A DNA stretch of 63,989 nucleotides, counting the filler, from Kipferlia bialata (Eukaryota), in NCBI GenBank assembly GCA_003568945.1. It is 5 parts of 5 records of this genome, joined end to end, with 100 filler letters (N's around TTAATTAATTAA, not from the genome) between each part and the next. Parts side by side here need not be neighbours in the genome. Positions count along the whole stretch, not along the records: positions 51,312 to 63,989 come from BDIP01001048.1; 4 more parts are not named here. One strand, written 5' to 3'. Of the stretch, positions 51,475 through 63,989 are shown piece by piece. Both the position numbers and the translations under genes were made by a program. Within the stretch, counting starts at the first letter, position 1. Every line of letters starts with the position of its first letter. The notes under the pieces were generated by a model. The model was given only the letters and a program-made list of their open reading frames with translations. It was not told where the DNA came from and made no database searches.

Positions 51475-51613
51475 CTGTTCCACCCTGGTTAATCTGCAGC
51501 ACCGACCCATCCCCTATCCCCACCAACTGCCCAGGTGATGTGTCTAGGCAGAAGTCTACCAAGGGGTCTGCCACACACTTACACCACTCAACACTATAGG
51601 GAGGCTCACTCAT
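51475..51613 (-). CDS. First exon of a hypothetical gene running off the contig
   Basis: ATG..MSEPPYSVEWCKCVADPLVDFCLDTSPGQLVGIGDGSVLQINQGGT followed by a GT donor. Confidence 0.5.
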
Positions 51614-51767
51614 TGTATTGTACGGAGAGAGGACAACATAAATAAGCTTAGTAATCACATAGTGACAGACATTGAACCCTTTTGTGTTTTTGTATCCATT
51701 GCGTGTAGGGGCGACACACTGATTGTTTGCTTCCTTCCCCTTCTCTAACGAGTATATACATACACAT

Positions 51768-52978
51768 ATGACTGAGTCTGTTAACAACACCACCAGCACT
51801 GCCAGCCTCGTGATGCTAGAGACTGGTACAGTGGCTGAGAAGACAGCTGTGATCAAGAGAATCACAGCTCAGATTGAAGGTATATTTATATGCATTATTG
51901 TGCTACCGTCTGCTACATTGTCTTCTAGGGGACTACTACACACTATTGTCTGACTACTAGGCTCTGAGGAGAAGACTGCCGAGGCCGCTTCCCTGTGTGA
52001 TGCTGGTATGCCATGTAGCTTGAAGTCTAATACACATCACCCCTACACGCTTCCTCTACACGCTTCCTCTACACGCAAAACTGCTAAATCATATGTATAC
52101 CACCCACATATATATAGATATATATGTATATATATATATATGTATGTATATGAGAATACAGATCTCACCATAGGTCTCTTCAGCACTGTGACCTCCCTCC
52201 TCAAGGCTGAGTGGGAGAGAGACACTGCCGACGAGACAGACACTGAACACGTGGTTGCTGTGCTGGACATGCTGCTCAATGCACTCTGGGTGTCAAGTAC
52301 GTACATATATATACTTATTATGCATCGCACAGTGTGTATATATAGTCATTAGTGTTAGTGAGTGCATATTGTATATATATGGGTATATACATATATATAT
52401 ATATATGAATATATGATAGTGGCTGTACTGGACATGCTGCTCAATGGACTCTGGGTGTCAAGTACGTGGCACATATATATACTTGAAGTATGATACTTCA
52501 GAGACCCGGCACATACATACACCAGTCCATGATAGATATATCACTGTGTAGGTGTCAATCTCGTCTCTAACCCCAGGCAGAGTCAGAGCCCTACTCCCCA
52601 GTGAGGTAAGATAGCCTATACAGTACTATCCATGTACTTCACATTGTAACTTTCTGTGAATGGAAGTAAGAGATTCTCACATCACACTGAGCTGATATGC
52701 CTGCTCCTCATCCATGTATATAGCTTAGCAATAACTGAAGCTGTACAGAGTATTATACAATTATAACGTGGCTGATACTTTCTACTAACGTTAGACCGAG
52801 CTGATGTGCCTGCTCCTCCTCCTCCTGTGCAGGACAGGCCCAGAGGACAGGTATACATAGAATATACATGTATATATGGGTATATATAGATTGTATAGTA
52901 TATTTGGTATTGCACTACTGCTCCTGTGCAGGACAAGCCCAGAGGACAGGTATGCATAGAATATATTATATATATATT

Positions 52979-53013
<35 letters not shown>

Positions 53014-53117
53014 ATATATATATATTGTATGGTATCTTTGGTATTGCACTTCTGCTTCTGTGCAGGACAGGCCCAGAGGACAGGTATACATAGAATATAG
53101 TATATATGTATTTAGAA

Positions 53118-53149
<32 letters not shown>

Positions 53150-56100
53150 ATATATATAGATTGTATGGTATCTTTGGTATAGTACTACTGCTGCGTTGCA
53201 GGACAGGCCCAGAGGACAGGTATAGTGTATAGCATCTCTAGTATTGTGTATTCAATGTATATAAACTTTACATATATATATATATATATATATATGAACA
53301 TCGCCTCCTCTCACACCAGCCGTCCCACTGTCTCTGTGGAGTCACTGGAGTACGTCAACACTGGTCGCAAGGTGTGTGGTTACACTCTTACAATTGTGAC
53401 ACACATAGAAATTTATACAACCGTATGTAATGTGTATATATACTAATGTTTCACGTAGACCCCTCACCCCAGTCAGACTACAGCACCATCAACGATGTGG
53501 GTCAGAAGGTCGGGGACGTCATCAGATGGTGAGACGACTAGCAGACATCTGATTGCTTCCAAACTATGTATCTATCAATCTCTCACCCCAGCACCTCCAT
53601 GGACGGAGACGGTATCCGTGCATGGGCCGGCATAGGTATGTCTTGCTAGATACCATTCATACATATATGTATACATTAGATATGATATGATATGGTATCC
53701 GTGCATGGGCTGGCATAGGTATGACACACATACGTCTGTCACAATTATAGACTGTGCTATTATATATCTGCATTATACTATATCAGGGACACACCGGTGA
53801 CCGGTCCATGGCCTGGTATGTAAAACTGATATATCAATGATATCATATCATTCACAGTATTTAGATATGGTATGATATGGTATGATATACAGTTCATGGG
53901 CCGGTATAGGTGTAACTGATATCATTCACAGGATATACAGATATACATTATATAGATATCCACTCAAGCTGCAATTCTCTCCCACACCCAGATGCACACA
54001 AGGTCTTGGTCGCTGCTCTTGAGGCACAGGCACAGAACCCAGCGGCACGGTGTATCATACTATATACTGTATGTTATGTGTATCTGGGCTGACACAACGG
54101 TGTATGTGTGTTTCATTATGTAATATGCCTGACCCTAGGTCACTTAGCTATTGATGGGCCTCACTCTGTACTCACCAGTACCTATATACTACCTATATAT
54201 ATAATATTGATGTATATGTCTAGTTATCCATATTGATCTCAGTCTAGGCCCACCAGCTCCTCCTGGCCTCTCTGTGGAGTCTGTGCAGTACTATAACTGT
54301 ATATACTATTCTACGTATGTACTATTCTAGTTGATCTAATCATTAGGCCATCCAGCTTCTCATAGCATCTCTCTGGTGTATATATATCTAGCATATGTAT
54401 ATATATCAAGCATATATATATAGTACGTATATACATTCTATTATATGCCTAACTCCAGGCCACCCAGCTCCTCATGGCCTCTCTCTGGTCTCTCTGTAGA
54501 CTCCCCTCTGCATGCAGATCCATAGCAAGGGAGGTCGTGGTACCTGTGACCAAGGTATATATATATATATAGGTTTATATATATATATATATAGGTATAT
54601 ATATATATATATATAGGTATATATATACATTGACAGCGTGTTGGTATTTACGATGAATTTCCCAATCGTCTGTATGCCCTAACACGGCCAAATGGTAATT
54701 ACCAGTAGCATCCAGTAGTTTCTGTTTCCATGGCATCCTAGTCAAGTATGCAGTATATTCAGTAATACTAAAAACTAACTTAGTATACTATCCATGTACT
54801 TCAAGACTACCACAATTTGACATCCAGGTCATGACGGCCAACCCAGTGTTTCAGTGCTATAACAATTAGCACCATATACTGAGTATATTATACTCTGCTA
54901 TACATTGTAACAGTAGTATACACTATACATACTGTGTATACCAACCCCAGGTCATGAGGGCCAATCCAGAGGACGACTCCCTGCTCACAGGTATATATAT
55001 ATATGTGATTTATATTATATACATTGTATATATATATGCTATGTCCCCCTCCTCACTGGTATTGATATCTGTGTGTGAGTATATACTATTTTGCTCCCAG
55101 GTAATTGTGAGAAGTAGACGTTGAATCAGTGTATCTAAGCTCCCTCTAATATTATGTACTCATGCTCACCCCCAGTCTGCTGTGGAGTGCTCAAGTGCGT
55201 GTCCCTGCTAGGTAGGACCCAACTTTCACATTACACACAGAATACTCCATAGTCTGCTGTGATCAGTTATCACATGGTGTGTTAGAGTAGTATCCAATAC
55301 ACATATCCCCACCCCAGATGGCTATGAGCAGGGCATGTGCGACCAAGTAGCAGCCACACATATGAAGTGTTAGTATAGCATACAATATATACTGTATATG
55401 TATGTATGTATACTCACTCCAGATGGTTATGAGCAGGGCATGTTCGACCAGGGTGCAGTGGGGGCAGTCATGGAGGTACAGTATAATACAGAGTGGAGTA
55501 TATATATGTATACACATTAGTACATAGTATAGTGTAGTAGAGCACAGTATATCCGACAGGGTGCAGTGGGGGCAGTCATGGAGGTATAGTATATATACAT
55601 GTATATAACTATGTTTCTTTCATTTCCTACTCGCTTGACCCCAGGTCCTCAAGACCCGTGAAAATAATACTCTTCCAAGACCTACAAGAGACCCTCAATT
55701 ATTAATAGACTAGTATTAATTGACATATTATATTGCTGACCGCAGGTTCTCAACACCCGTGGAGACTCCTCCAAGGCCCTAGCAGCACAGGGACTGGAGG
55801 TGCTGCAGAATGTGGCTGGGGAAGGTATATTGCATATATACTAAATACAATATAGTCTATATTATATAGACACAGTCTGCAAGTATATGTATGTATATAC
55901 CTTATCTGCTGGTGCTGCAGAACGTGGCTGGGGAAGGTAGGTTCTCAATATACCTCTTAGAGTACTACAAATACTATTAGATATATCATATTTATCTAAT
56001 GTATCTAATATGTATTTTATCTTTGTCTTAGGTGCTGCAGAACGTGGCTGGGGAAGGTATGTAAACACAGCGTATCTCACTAAACAGATATATGATCATA

Positions 56101-57527
56101 CTCTGAGAACATTATTCTCGTCGTCACTGAGTACTGCATATAGTGGGGTGTATCCATTCTGACCACAGACAATGTGGAGCTGGCCATGGTCCAGATGAAT
56201 GTATATTGTATATACATATATCACTATGTCTAATATGTATTATATCTTTGTCTTATACATCTTCTTATACCAGACAACGTGCAGCTGGCCATGGTCCAGA
56301 TGGGCTGTGCCAGAGAGGCATGCCGTCTGTGCAAGGTATAATGTTAGAGTACTGATGCAAAACTTGAAACTTCTTCTGTTAACAACTAATAACTATAATA
56401 CACCTAACAATAGGTCCACCCCTCTGACCCCGCTGTGTGTGACCATGCCATGGCAGCCATCATGAACATGGCATACCAGGGTATATAGTGAATAGTATAA
56501 CCTGTAAATTGTGTATGCATAGATACAATTGGCGGAGTCACCTTTTCTTACTCCCAGACTCCACCAAGCAGGTCCTGATTGATGACAACAAGTGCGGTCT
56601 CATGGGTGAGTACAAAGTATATATCTATACATCTATCTATATATGTATCTGGATTGGTAATTAGATAGAAAGGTTATACAAGTGTTTTCTCATGGGTGAG
56701 TAACCAATTCTGTATGTATCATAGCGTATACCAACCATGGATGTACATATATAATCCCTGTGATTCACTTTCTAATCTTGTAGTTCTTGTACTTTGATAG
56801 TAGTTAATAGTATTTGTATGTTATGTTATGTCTATATATATGAAATCTACCCAGACTGTCTGTTTAAGGTCCTTGTCGACATGCATATGAATGTGATTCA
56901 CTTAGTAATCCTCTAATTACTGGACAGTGCTATATTGTCGTATGTATGAGCATATAATATAGAATTGCCGTTACCCCAGACTGTGTGTTCAAGGTCCTTG
57001 TGGACATGCATGGATACGCCCAGATCGCTGGACACACCATACAGCTCATATGTGAGTAAGACTGCAGAGTAATATGTACTGCGTTGTTGCCTTTCTGAAA
57101 TCTTCACTCGTATGTAATCATATTCCTGTTCACTCAGTCAAAGAGTCTGGTAATATTGTTGCTCCTCCACTTTGACCTCTCAGTACTCAGTCTAACTCTC
57201 TAGGTGCCCTTGAGAACGTGACCTGGGACCTCACCATTGGCAGACTCAGAAAGAACCAGGAGGAGAAGAAGGCTCTCCTTAGGGTATGGTCTTTCCAATG
57301 ATATTCACTGTATGATAGAGCAAATAGTGTCTGTATCCTAGTGTATACCTCTAGTACCTCTAGTTCTGACTGTCAGGCCTTCCAGCTCCATGACACTCAG
57401 ATGGTGCAGAGGAACAGGTACAACATATATAAATGAATATATCTATATATATATGTGTGTGTGAAATGTGATATATAAATATACTTATATATTACACGGT
57501 GTTGATGGTGCAGAGGAACAGGTATAA

Positions 57528-57564
<37 letters not shown>

Positions 57565-58390
57565 TATATCTTTATATGTGTGGTATATGTGATATATGTA
57601 TATACTAATATATTATATGCTGTTGATGGTGCAGAGGAACAGGTACTTGATACCACTGTGTAGCATTGACCCCTGATGTATTCATATATGTATGTATATA
57701 TGAATGCATGGTGTTATGTAATCATGAAATGAACTGTATGGTGCAGAGGAACAGGTATGCAACAATATACATTATTTCGGGTAACTATACCTCAGCCGAT
57801 TACTCTCTTGCCAACGATAGCGGGGAACAGCTATATTACTATAGTGTAGAACTACATTACTATAGTGTACAGCCGTGCTTATCCATGATTGATATTCAAG
57901 TGATTGACAATCTATCTCTCACTCCAGGGGTTGGTTCCTGCGTGAGATGAGGACACCCAGAGACATGAAGGTATCTATATACAATAGATTAGTGAAAATG
58001 CGTTCTATTCAAGGTTGAGTATAGTATATTTGTATAGGGAGATGAGGACACCCAGAGACATGAAGGTATCAATACTATAACAAGAGATGAATATAGTTTC
58101 AATATATAGTCAGTATAGGGTCATGTCTATTTGTATAGGGATATGAGGACACCCAGAGACATGAAGGTAATAAGATATATATATATGATACATACGGCAA
58201 AGTATACGTAGGAATTGAAATGTAACATTTCTGGTGTATTCGGGACACTTCTATGAGAGTTCTCTCATATACAATACTCTACATTGTGCAGTATACTATA
58301 CATATACCCCTGCCTCACCTCCAGGACCTCCAGCCCGGGGACATTGTCGATGGGATGGAGGTGATGTTCATTGGACAGCAGAGGGAGTAA
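51768..58390 (+). CDS. Armadillo/HEAT-like helical repeat protein, many short exons
   Basis: ATQLLMASLWSLC..VMRANPEDDSLLTVCCGVLKCVS..QGAVGAVMEVL..GLEVLQNVA..DHAMAAIMNMA..IGALENVT; stop TAA at 58388-58390. Confidence 0.75.
52823..53219 (+). repeat. Tandem array of exon-end + donor + intron-start units
   Basis: gcaggaca(g/a)gcccagaggacag|gta ends at 52850 (live), 52949, 53083 and 53219, with the following intron sequence co-duplicated. Confidence 0.93.
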
Positions 58391-59091
58391 AGAGGTGAAG
58401 AGAGGTGAAGAGAATGTCTGACGGAAATAGATATGAGGGTACATACCTATCATATGAACCTGGTGTTCATGGGGTTCATTGGACAGCAGAGGGGGGAGTA
58501 AACTCTACTCAGTAGAGAGGAGTATATTAGCAGGGAAGGTGCTTGGATGTAAATAGACGGAAGGTTCAAGTGTTGTATTCATATAAACAGAGATGTCTGA
58601 TGTGTATTATGTTCATTGGACATCAGAGGGGGGAGTAGAGAGGGGTAGAGAGGTGTAGAGAGGGGTAGAGAGGTGTAGAGAGGGGTAGAATAATGTCACT
58701 GTCACGAAGATAGGGAGGGGTTGTATCTAGTTGATAATATCAACCATGGACACTGGTACCAACTTGATTTGGTGTGAATAGACGGAAGATGATATTGTTG
58801 TATTGACACATATGCGAAACTCCGCCTTCAGAAGATCACAATTGGGTCTATCAGGAACACCCCACCAATCTATGTTGTCATCAACATGTAGTATCATAAT
58901 CAGTAGTGGCTGATTATGGCACGCGGTCCTCTGGAGACAGCCACGTAGTAGCACTATCCGTTACGACCCTTACTCCCCTTCCCACTGACATTCTCTTCCT
59001 CAATATTCCAAGGATGCCAATAGATAAATCGACCAAAATGGCAACAAGTTGGTCCCTCTCCATGTGAATTCCACCCTAGGACTCTGGGACA

Positions 59092-61982
59092 TCAAGAATC
59101 AAAAAGGACTCTAGACGTCACTGCCTCTCTCTGTGTGTTGACACCAAGCGGCGCGCTGCAAAAGTCTCCCCATCATGACTCAAACCGAGCTCTCTCTCTC
59201 TCTCTCTCTCTCTGAGAGAGTCTCTCTCCTATATCTCATGCCCAGTTCTCTGTGTCTGCATATGGCACACTCTGGTACCTAAACCTCTCCTTCCTCGGTG
59301 CCGGTCTCTCTTTGTGGGCGAAGTACCAGTGTGGAACTAAGGTAAGACATGGAGGTAACGGTAAGATCTAATAAGCAACGAATGCTCTATCGCTTCTGTC
59401 CACAGGTCGTACCTTACTATTCGAATATTTCGTTGGAGAGTACATAGAAACTCTTTAACAATTCTTCCAATCAAAACAATGTGAAGTTACCTGCGTATGC
59501 TAGCACTGTCAGCAGAGCCGGTGTTGTTGACAGCATGAATAGGACCCTGGACCACTGGGACTCATAGTCTGTGGAGCCAGTCTCGACCATGAGGATGTCC
59601 AGGGCTGATGTTGAAGAAGAGAAGAAAGGATAGCGATACTTCGACACGTAACAGGTACTCTATACCTGCATTTGCGGCAGTTGGTATGATCCTGACCAAG
59701 GGTGTGGGGAAGGAGTACAGGACATAGCGCCATATATAGGCGTTGGTCTGCTTTCCCCCTGTCACACCTCTCTGCTTCATGATCAACCTGGTGTTACTAT
59801 ACTCATATATATAGTATGTATAACGTTTCATGATCCATTGGGGTCATAAGTGATACTACAAGTACACAGCTGTATAAGATGCAGACAGCCGTATAAGATG
59901 CAGACAGCCGTATAAGATGCAGACAGGTATAAGATGCAGACAGCCGTATAAGATGCAGACAGCCGTATAAGATGCAGACAGGATAGCCACACAGGAAGAG
60001 AAGAATAGAAATTGGAAGACATAGTACCTGAACCCCAGGCTCAGGTACACAAGAGTCACTATTGACAGCAGGATCCTAGGTAGCTCAAACCACCAGATGG
60101 CTGGGGGTTGGGTATGGAGAGACAGAGAGGAGAAACAAACACATGGCGAGTCATACTCGTGAAAACCAAATATTTGTTGATCTTCTGTAAATAGTGGGAG
60201 TCTATACAATTACCTTATCAACTAACACAGTCCCCCCACTTACCGTAGTTGTGTGCGTCCACTATGAACCAACACATGTCCTGGGAGTCCCCTGAGGGTG
60301 AGTGTCGTGCTTGATGCATTCCACATGGCATATATACATTTACTCTCTGTAGATATATATATTCCCCTCAGTAACATGGTGTAAATATACCTGTGAAGTC
60401 CCCCATATCACCCATGAGCACACATAGAGTGAGACCCACAAGACAGGTCAGGCATATGACGACATAGACCGCATAGCTGGAGGGGGAGAGAGAGGGAGAG
60501 AGAGAGAGAAGAGAGAAAGAGAGAGAGAGAGAGAGATGGGGAGGGAAAGGTCAGGGAGAAAGGGATATCGCATCTGAGCTGGGAATACTGAGGTTATATA
60601 TTAGTATGGAAGAGAGAGAGAGGGGGGTGGGGAGAAGATAAGAGTGCATGTACCTTGGGTTGAGTATGGTCCCTGCTCTTCTGTGCCTGTCACATGTACT
60701 GAAAGTCAGACAGAGAGAGAAACACAGACATCGATATCCACTGATACGAAGACACACGTATATACTACTGTGTGCGCCTGTCGCATGTACCAGGAAGTAA
60801 GATACAATGAGATGACATATGGATAACAACAGCACTCATATATAGAAATACACTCTTCTGTGTCTGTCCCATGTACTAGAGGGTGAGGTATGAGAGATTG
60901 AAGGGTACATTGGCCGACCAAGCATCACCGAAGAGCCTACATAAGTTAAAGATCCTGCAGATACTCGGTTTGTATAGTGAATGACCATATGGTACATAGA
61001 ACTCTATGTGACATACCTTGCAGCAATTATCAGGTGGCTGAAGTGTGCAAAGCAGCACATGACCAGCTCTCCCCCTATGCCACCCACATAGGTGAACACA
61101 AAGTCAACCTGATGTCAATTGGTGGAAAGAATAGTTCATGAGGGTCAAAGCGGGTGACAATTGTACAGACGGCGTTGAGAGAGGGGTGGGGGGGGAAAGG
61201 GTGGAGGAGGGCAGTACCATTTTCGACCATCAATTCTTTCAATACGATGCACTTGCCACTGGATACTTACATAAGGTGCTATACAAATACACATCCTCAC
61301 TTCCGTACATTACTATATATAGTTGTTCATACCTCACATTCCAAGGCATTTACCACCAGGTAGTTTGAGCACCACCAAGATACGAGCATCATCAGGTCAA
61401 AGACTACTGTGGCCCCTATCAGTCAGAGACACACGCTGTAGAGTGGAGAGTAAGAGAGAGAAGTACGGAAGAATCAGCAAGTCAAAGACTACTGTAGCAC
61501 CTTAGAGTAAGGAAACTATGACTATAACAGTGACAAGAAGAGAGAGAGAGACTGTCAGACATAACGGTGGCACCTCAGGGTAGAATGTATATAGAGAGAG
61601 AAAGAGAGAGGGGGAGAGAGAGAGAGATAGAAACTATGTATGTGAGGGGGAGAGAGAGAGAGATAGAAACTATGTATGTGAGGGGGAGAGAGAGAGATAG
61701 ACCTACCCACAAACACATCGATTGTGGCCACGTTCCCTGATGAACGCTTGTGTCTAACTGCCTATTATGAGAATGAGAGGTGGGGGGGAGGGGGGTGATA
61801 GAAAGAGAGAGAGGGAGAGTGTTCTAATACATCTATGGAATCACATATATAAGTACATATATAAGTACACATATATATACCTTGGCACCAAGATACACCA
61901 GTGTCCCCACAGCCACCCCCATCATAATCAGTTGGGTGGCTAGCAATACTGGGTCAAGGGTGGCCCCAACATTTTGCATCAT
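59092..61982 (-). CDS. Putative 7-TM receptor (Dictyostelium CAR/GCR1-like GPCR fold)
   Basis: About seven hydrophobic segments across the exons; MCWF after TM4; RYVLYSFPTPLVRIIPTAAN in the TM6 region; some exon joins uncertain. Confidence 0.55.
59872..59981. repeat. Intronic minisatellite, 17-19 bp unit, six copies
   Basis: gtataagatgcagacag(cc) repeated in tandem. Confidence 0.95.
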
Positions 61983-62228
61983 CTCTCTCTGAAGGTACTC
62001 AACCTACCCAACTTTCTTGCTCGGTTAACCTTGCGTACTCTCCCTCACTCTCTCCAGATGTCAGTACTCCCCGTCACCTAGTGACGAGCGTCACAACCTC
62101 TATATATATCTCTCTCAATACAGGAACAGGTGTCAGTTAAGCTTAAGCTTAGGTAATTGACAGAGGGTTTGGATAAATGTTCCAGCAGCAACAAAGGTGT
62201 GAAATTGATACAAACCACACACATCTCT

Positions 62229-62403
62229 ATGACCCCACCAATGACACCTTCCGACGAGTACATCCTGTGTCCTGTCAAGTCCCTGGCTGTGGTTACCCTG
62301 GTGACCAGTGTATGGATCCATATTGGCGAGGTGGCCCGTGCTCTCTTTGTGATATTCCCCAGAATGATGTCCTTCTTTGCTGGGTGTGACACACTCGACA
62401 TAG
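62229..62403 (+). CDS. Exon of a small membrane protein; downstream exons not found
   Basis: LAVVTLVTSVWIHIGEVARALFVIFPRMMSFF followed by a GTATG donor; divergent from the 7TM gene. Confidence 0.4.
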
Positions 62404-62897
62404 GTATGCGTATATGTGCATATGTATATATATATAGTTGTAAACAAAGCAGATCTATGTGTATTACGTGGACAGCACTCTGTTGCGGTTTCCAACATTC
62501 TCACTCGTGCATCACACAATATCCACACAATTCAACACACGTGCATATCTCTCTCTACTCCACCGGCTTGTACCCTGCAGTTCCCACACCCACACCCCAA
62601 GGGTCCAAACACTTCCATGTATGTCTCTCTCTCTCTCTCTCTCCAAGACATCATAGGTCTCTCCTACGTACTTGATTGTCTCTCTACCGCCCCCCCCCCC
62701 CCCCCCCCCCCCCCCTTTTCTCTCACCCATTCTCTGTCTCTCTTCTAATCTCATATCAGAGAGTTCATGGCAATTATATTCTCTCTCCCTCATTCTCTAT
62801 CTAATGTCAGATCCCTCAACCATATAACCGCTATTTTGCGTATTGTTATATTGTTGCAGCATCATGGACATCTACTCTGTCTCTCTCTCTCTCCATA

Positions 62898-62932
<35 letters not shown>

Positions 62933-63717
62933 ATAGCATTACTACTGCACTATATAGTGTTACTAATACAGCATCATGGAACTCTATCTAACTATCTTAT
63001 CTCTCTCTCTCTATATATATACCTATCATATGTATATGTATATACCTAATGAATCTATATATGTATATACCTGATCTTATCTATATATACATATATGTAT
63101 ATACCTATCGTATCTCTCACCACTGCTGATCGACTGTACACCGTACAGAGTTAGGTCTATATATAGCATGTATACTATATACATATACTATATAGTATTA
63201 TTCTACATATACTATATAGTATTATTCTATATACATTATACTATTATACTTATACACTATATACTCTATGCTATATAGTATACATGGATATGGATGTACA
63301 TACTATGTATATATGTACTATTATATACTGACCACAGTCACATGTACTGTGTATAAACCATATATGATATATATACTACATATATACTGTGTATTATACT
63401 ATATATAGTATATACATACATACTATATGTATACTATATATATACTGACCACAATCACAGTCACTGTGTATATACGATATATGCTATATACTATATATGC
63501 TATATACTATATATGTACTATATATGCTGTGTATACTATATATATACCATATATATACTGTATTATTCTATATATATACTATATAAATACTGACCACAGT
63601 CAAAGGCACTGTGTTATTTCTGTATATACTATATACTACATATATACTGTGTTCTCTACTATATAATACTATACATTTTACTATATATATATACTATATA
63701 GATACTGACCACAGTCA

Positions 63718-63790
63718 CTAGCCCTGAATCGTCTCTCGTGGCTCTTCTGTCTGAATCTTCATGCGCCCCAGAGTCCCTGGCTCATATGAA
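63718..63790 (-). CDS. Probable terminal coding segment of a gene extending beyond the window
   Basis: GC-richer island YEPGTLGRMKIQTEEPRETIQG* within TA-rich DNA. Confidence 0.35.
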
Positions 63791-63935
63791 GTGAGTGTAT
63801 ATGAAACACTATATAGTAATATCATGAGCATAGTGTAACACATACACTTGCTGTTGACACATACAGATATGGACATACAAGTGTATACATATACATCTAC
63901 ATATGTTGACATTTGCTACTCACAACCAGGTATGC

Positions 63936-63989
<54 letters not shown>

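Noticed and set aside
62767..63700. Many short IY/LS-rich ORFs in the ORF track
   Set aside because: Translations of TA/CT microsatellite DNA; the same applies to most short and antisense ORFs in the window.

Overview
Intron-rich eukaryotic protist DNA. The short branch-point-to-AG spacing, TA/CT microsatellite introns, GA-repeat-coded ERER runs and IFT dynein suggest a free-living fornicate/metamonad such as Kipferlia (inference). The window is five unrelated ~12.7 kb contigs joined by artificial N44-TTAATTAATTAA-N44 spacers, so adjacency across spacers is meaningless. Recognisable genes: a DHA2-type MFS transporter, a membrane-anchored alkaline phosphatase, a dynamin-superfamily GTPase with two C-terminal TM segments, the 3' part of cytoplasmic dynein-2 heavy chain, a Kelch-like protein, a probably broken ADP-ribosylglycohydrolase, the start of a cN-II 5'-nucleotidase, an ARM-like protein and a CAR-like 7TM receptor, plus several hypothetical genes. 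The most striking signal is a pervasive set of exon echoes: partial copies of exon ends with their splice sites lying in the neighbouring introns, acceptor halves upstream and donor halves downstream. They differ from the live exon mostly at synonymous sites, and in some places they appear to have created new introns or a micro-exon. Exon boundaries were assigned by eye and need RNA-seq confirmation.
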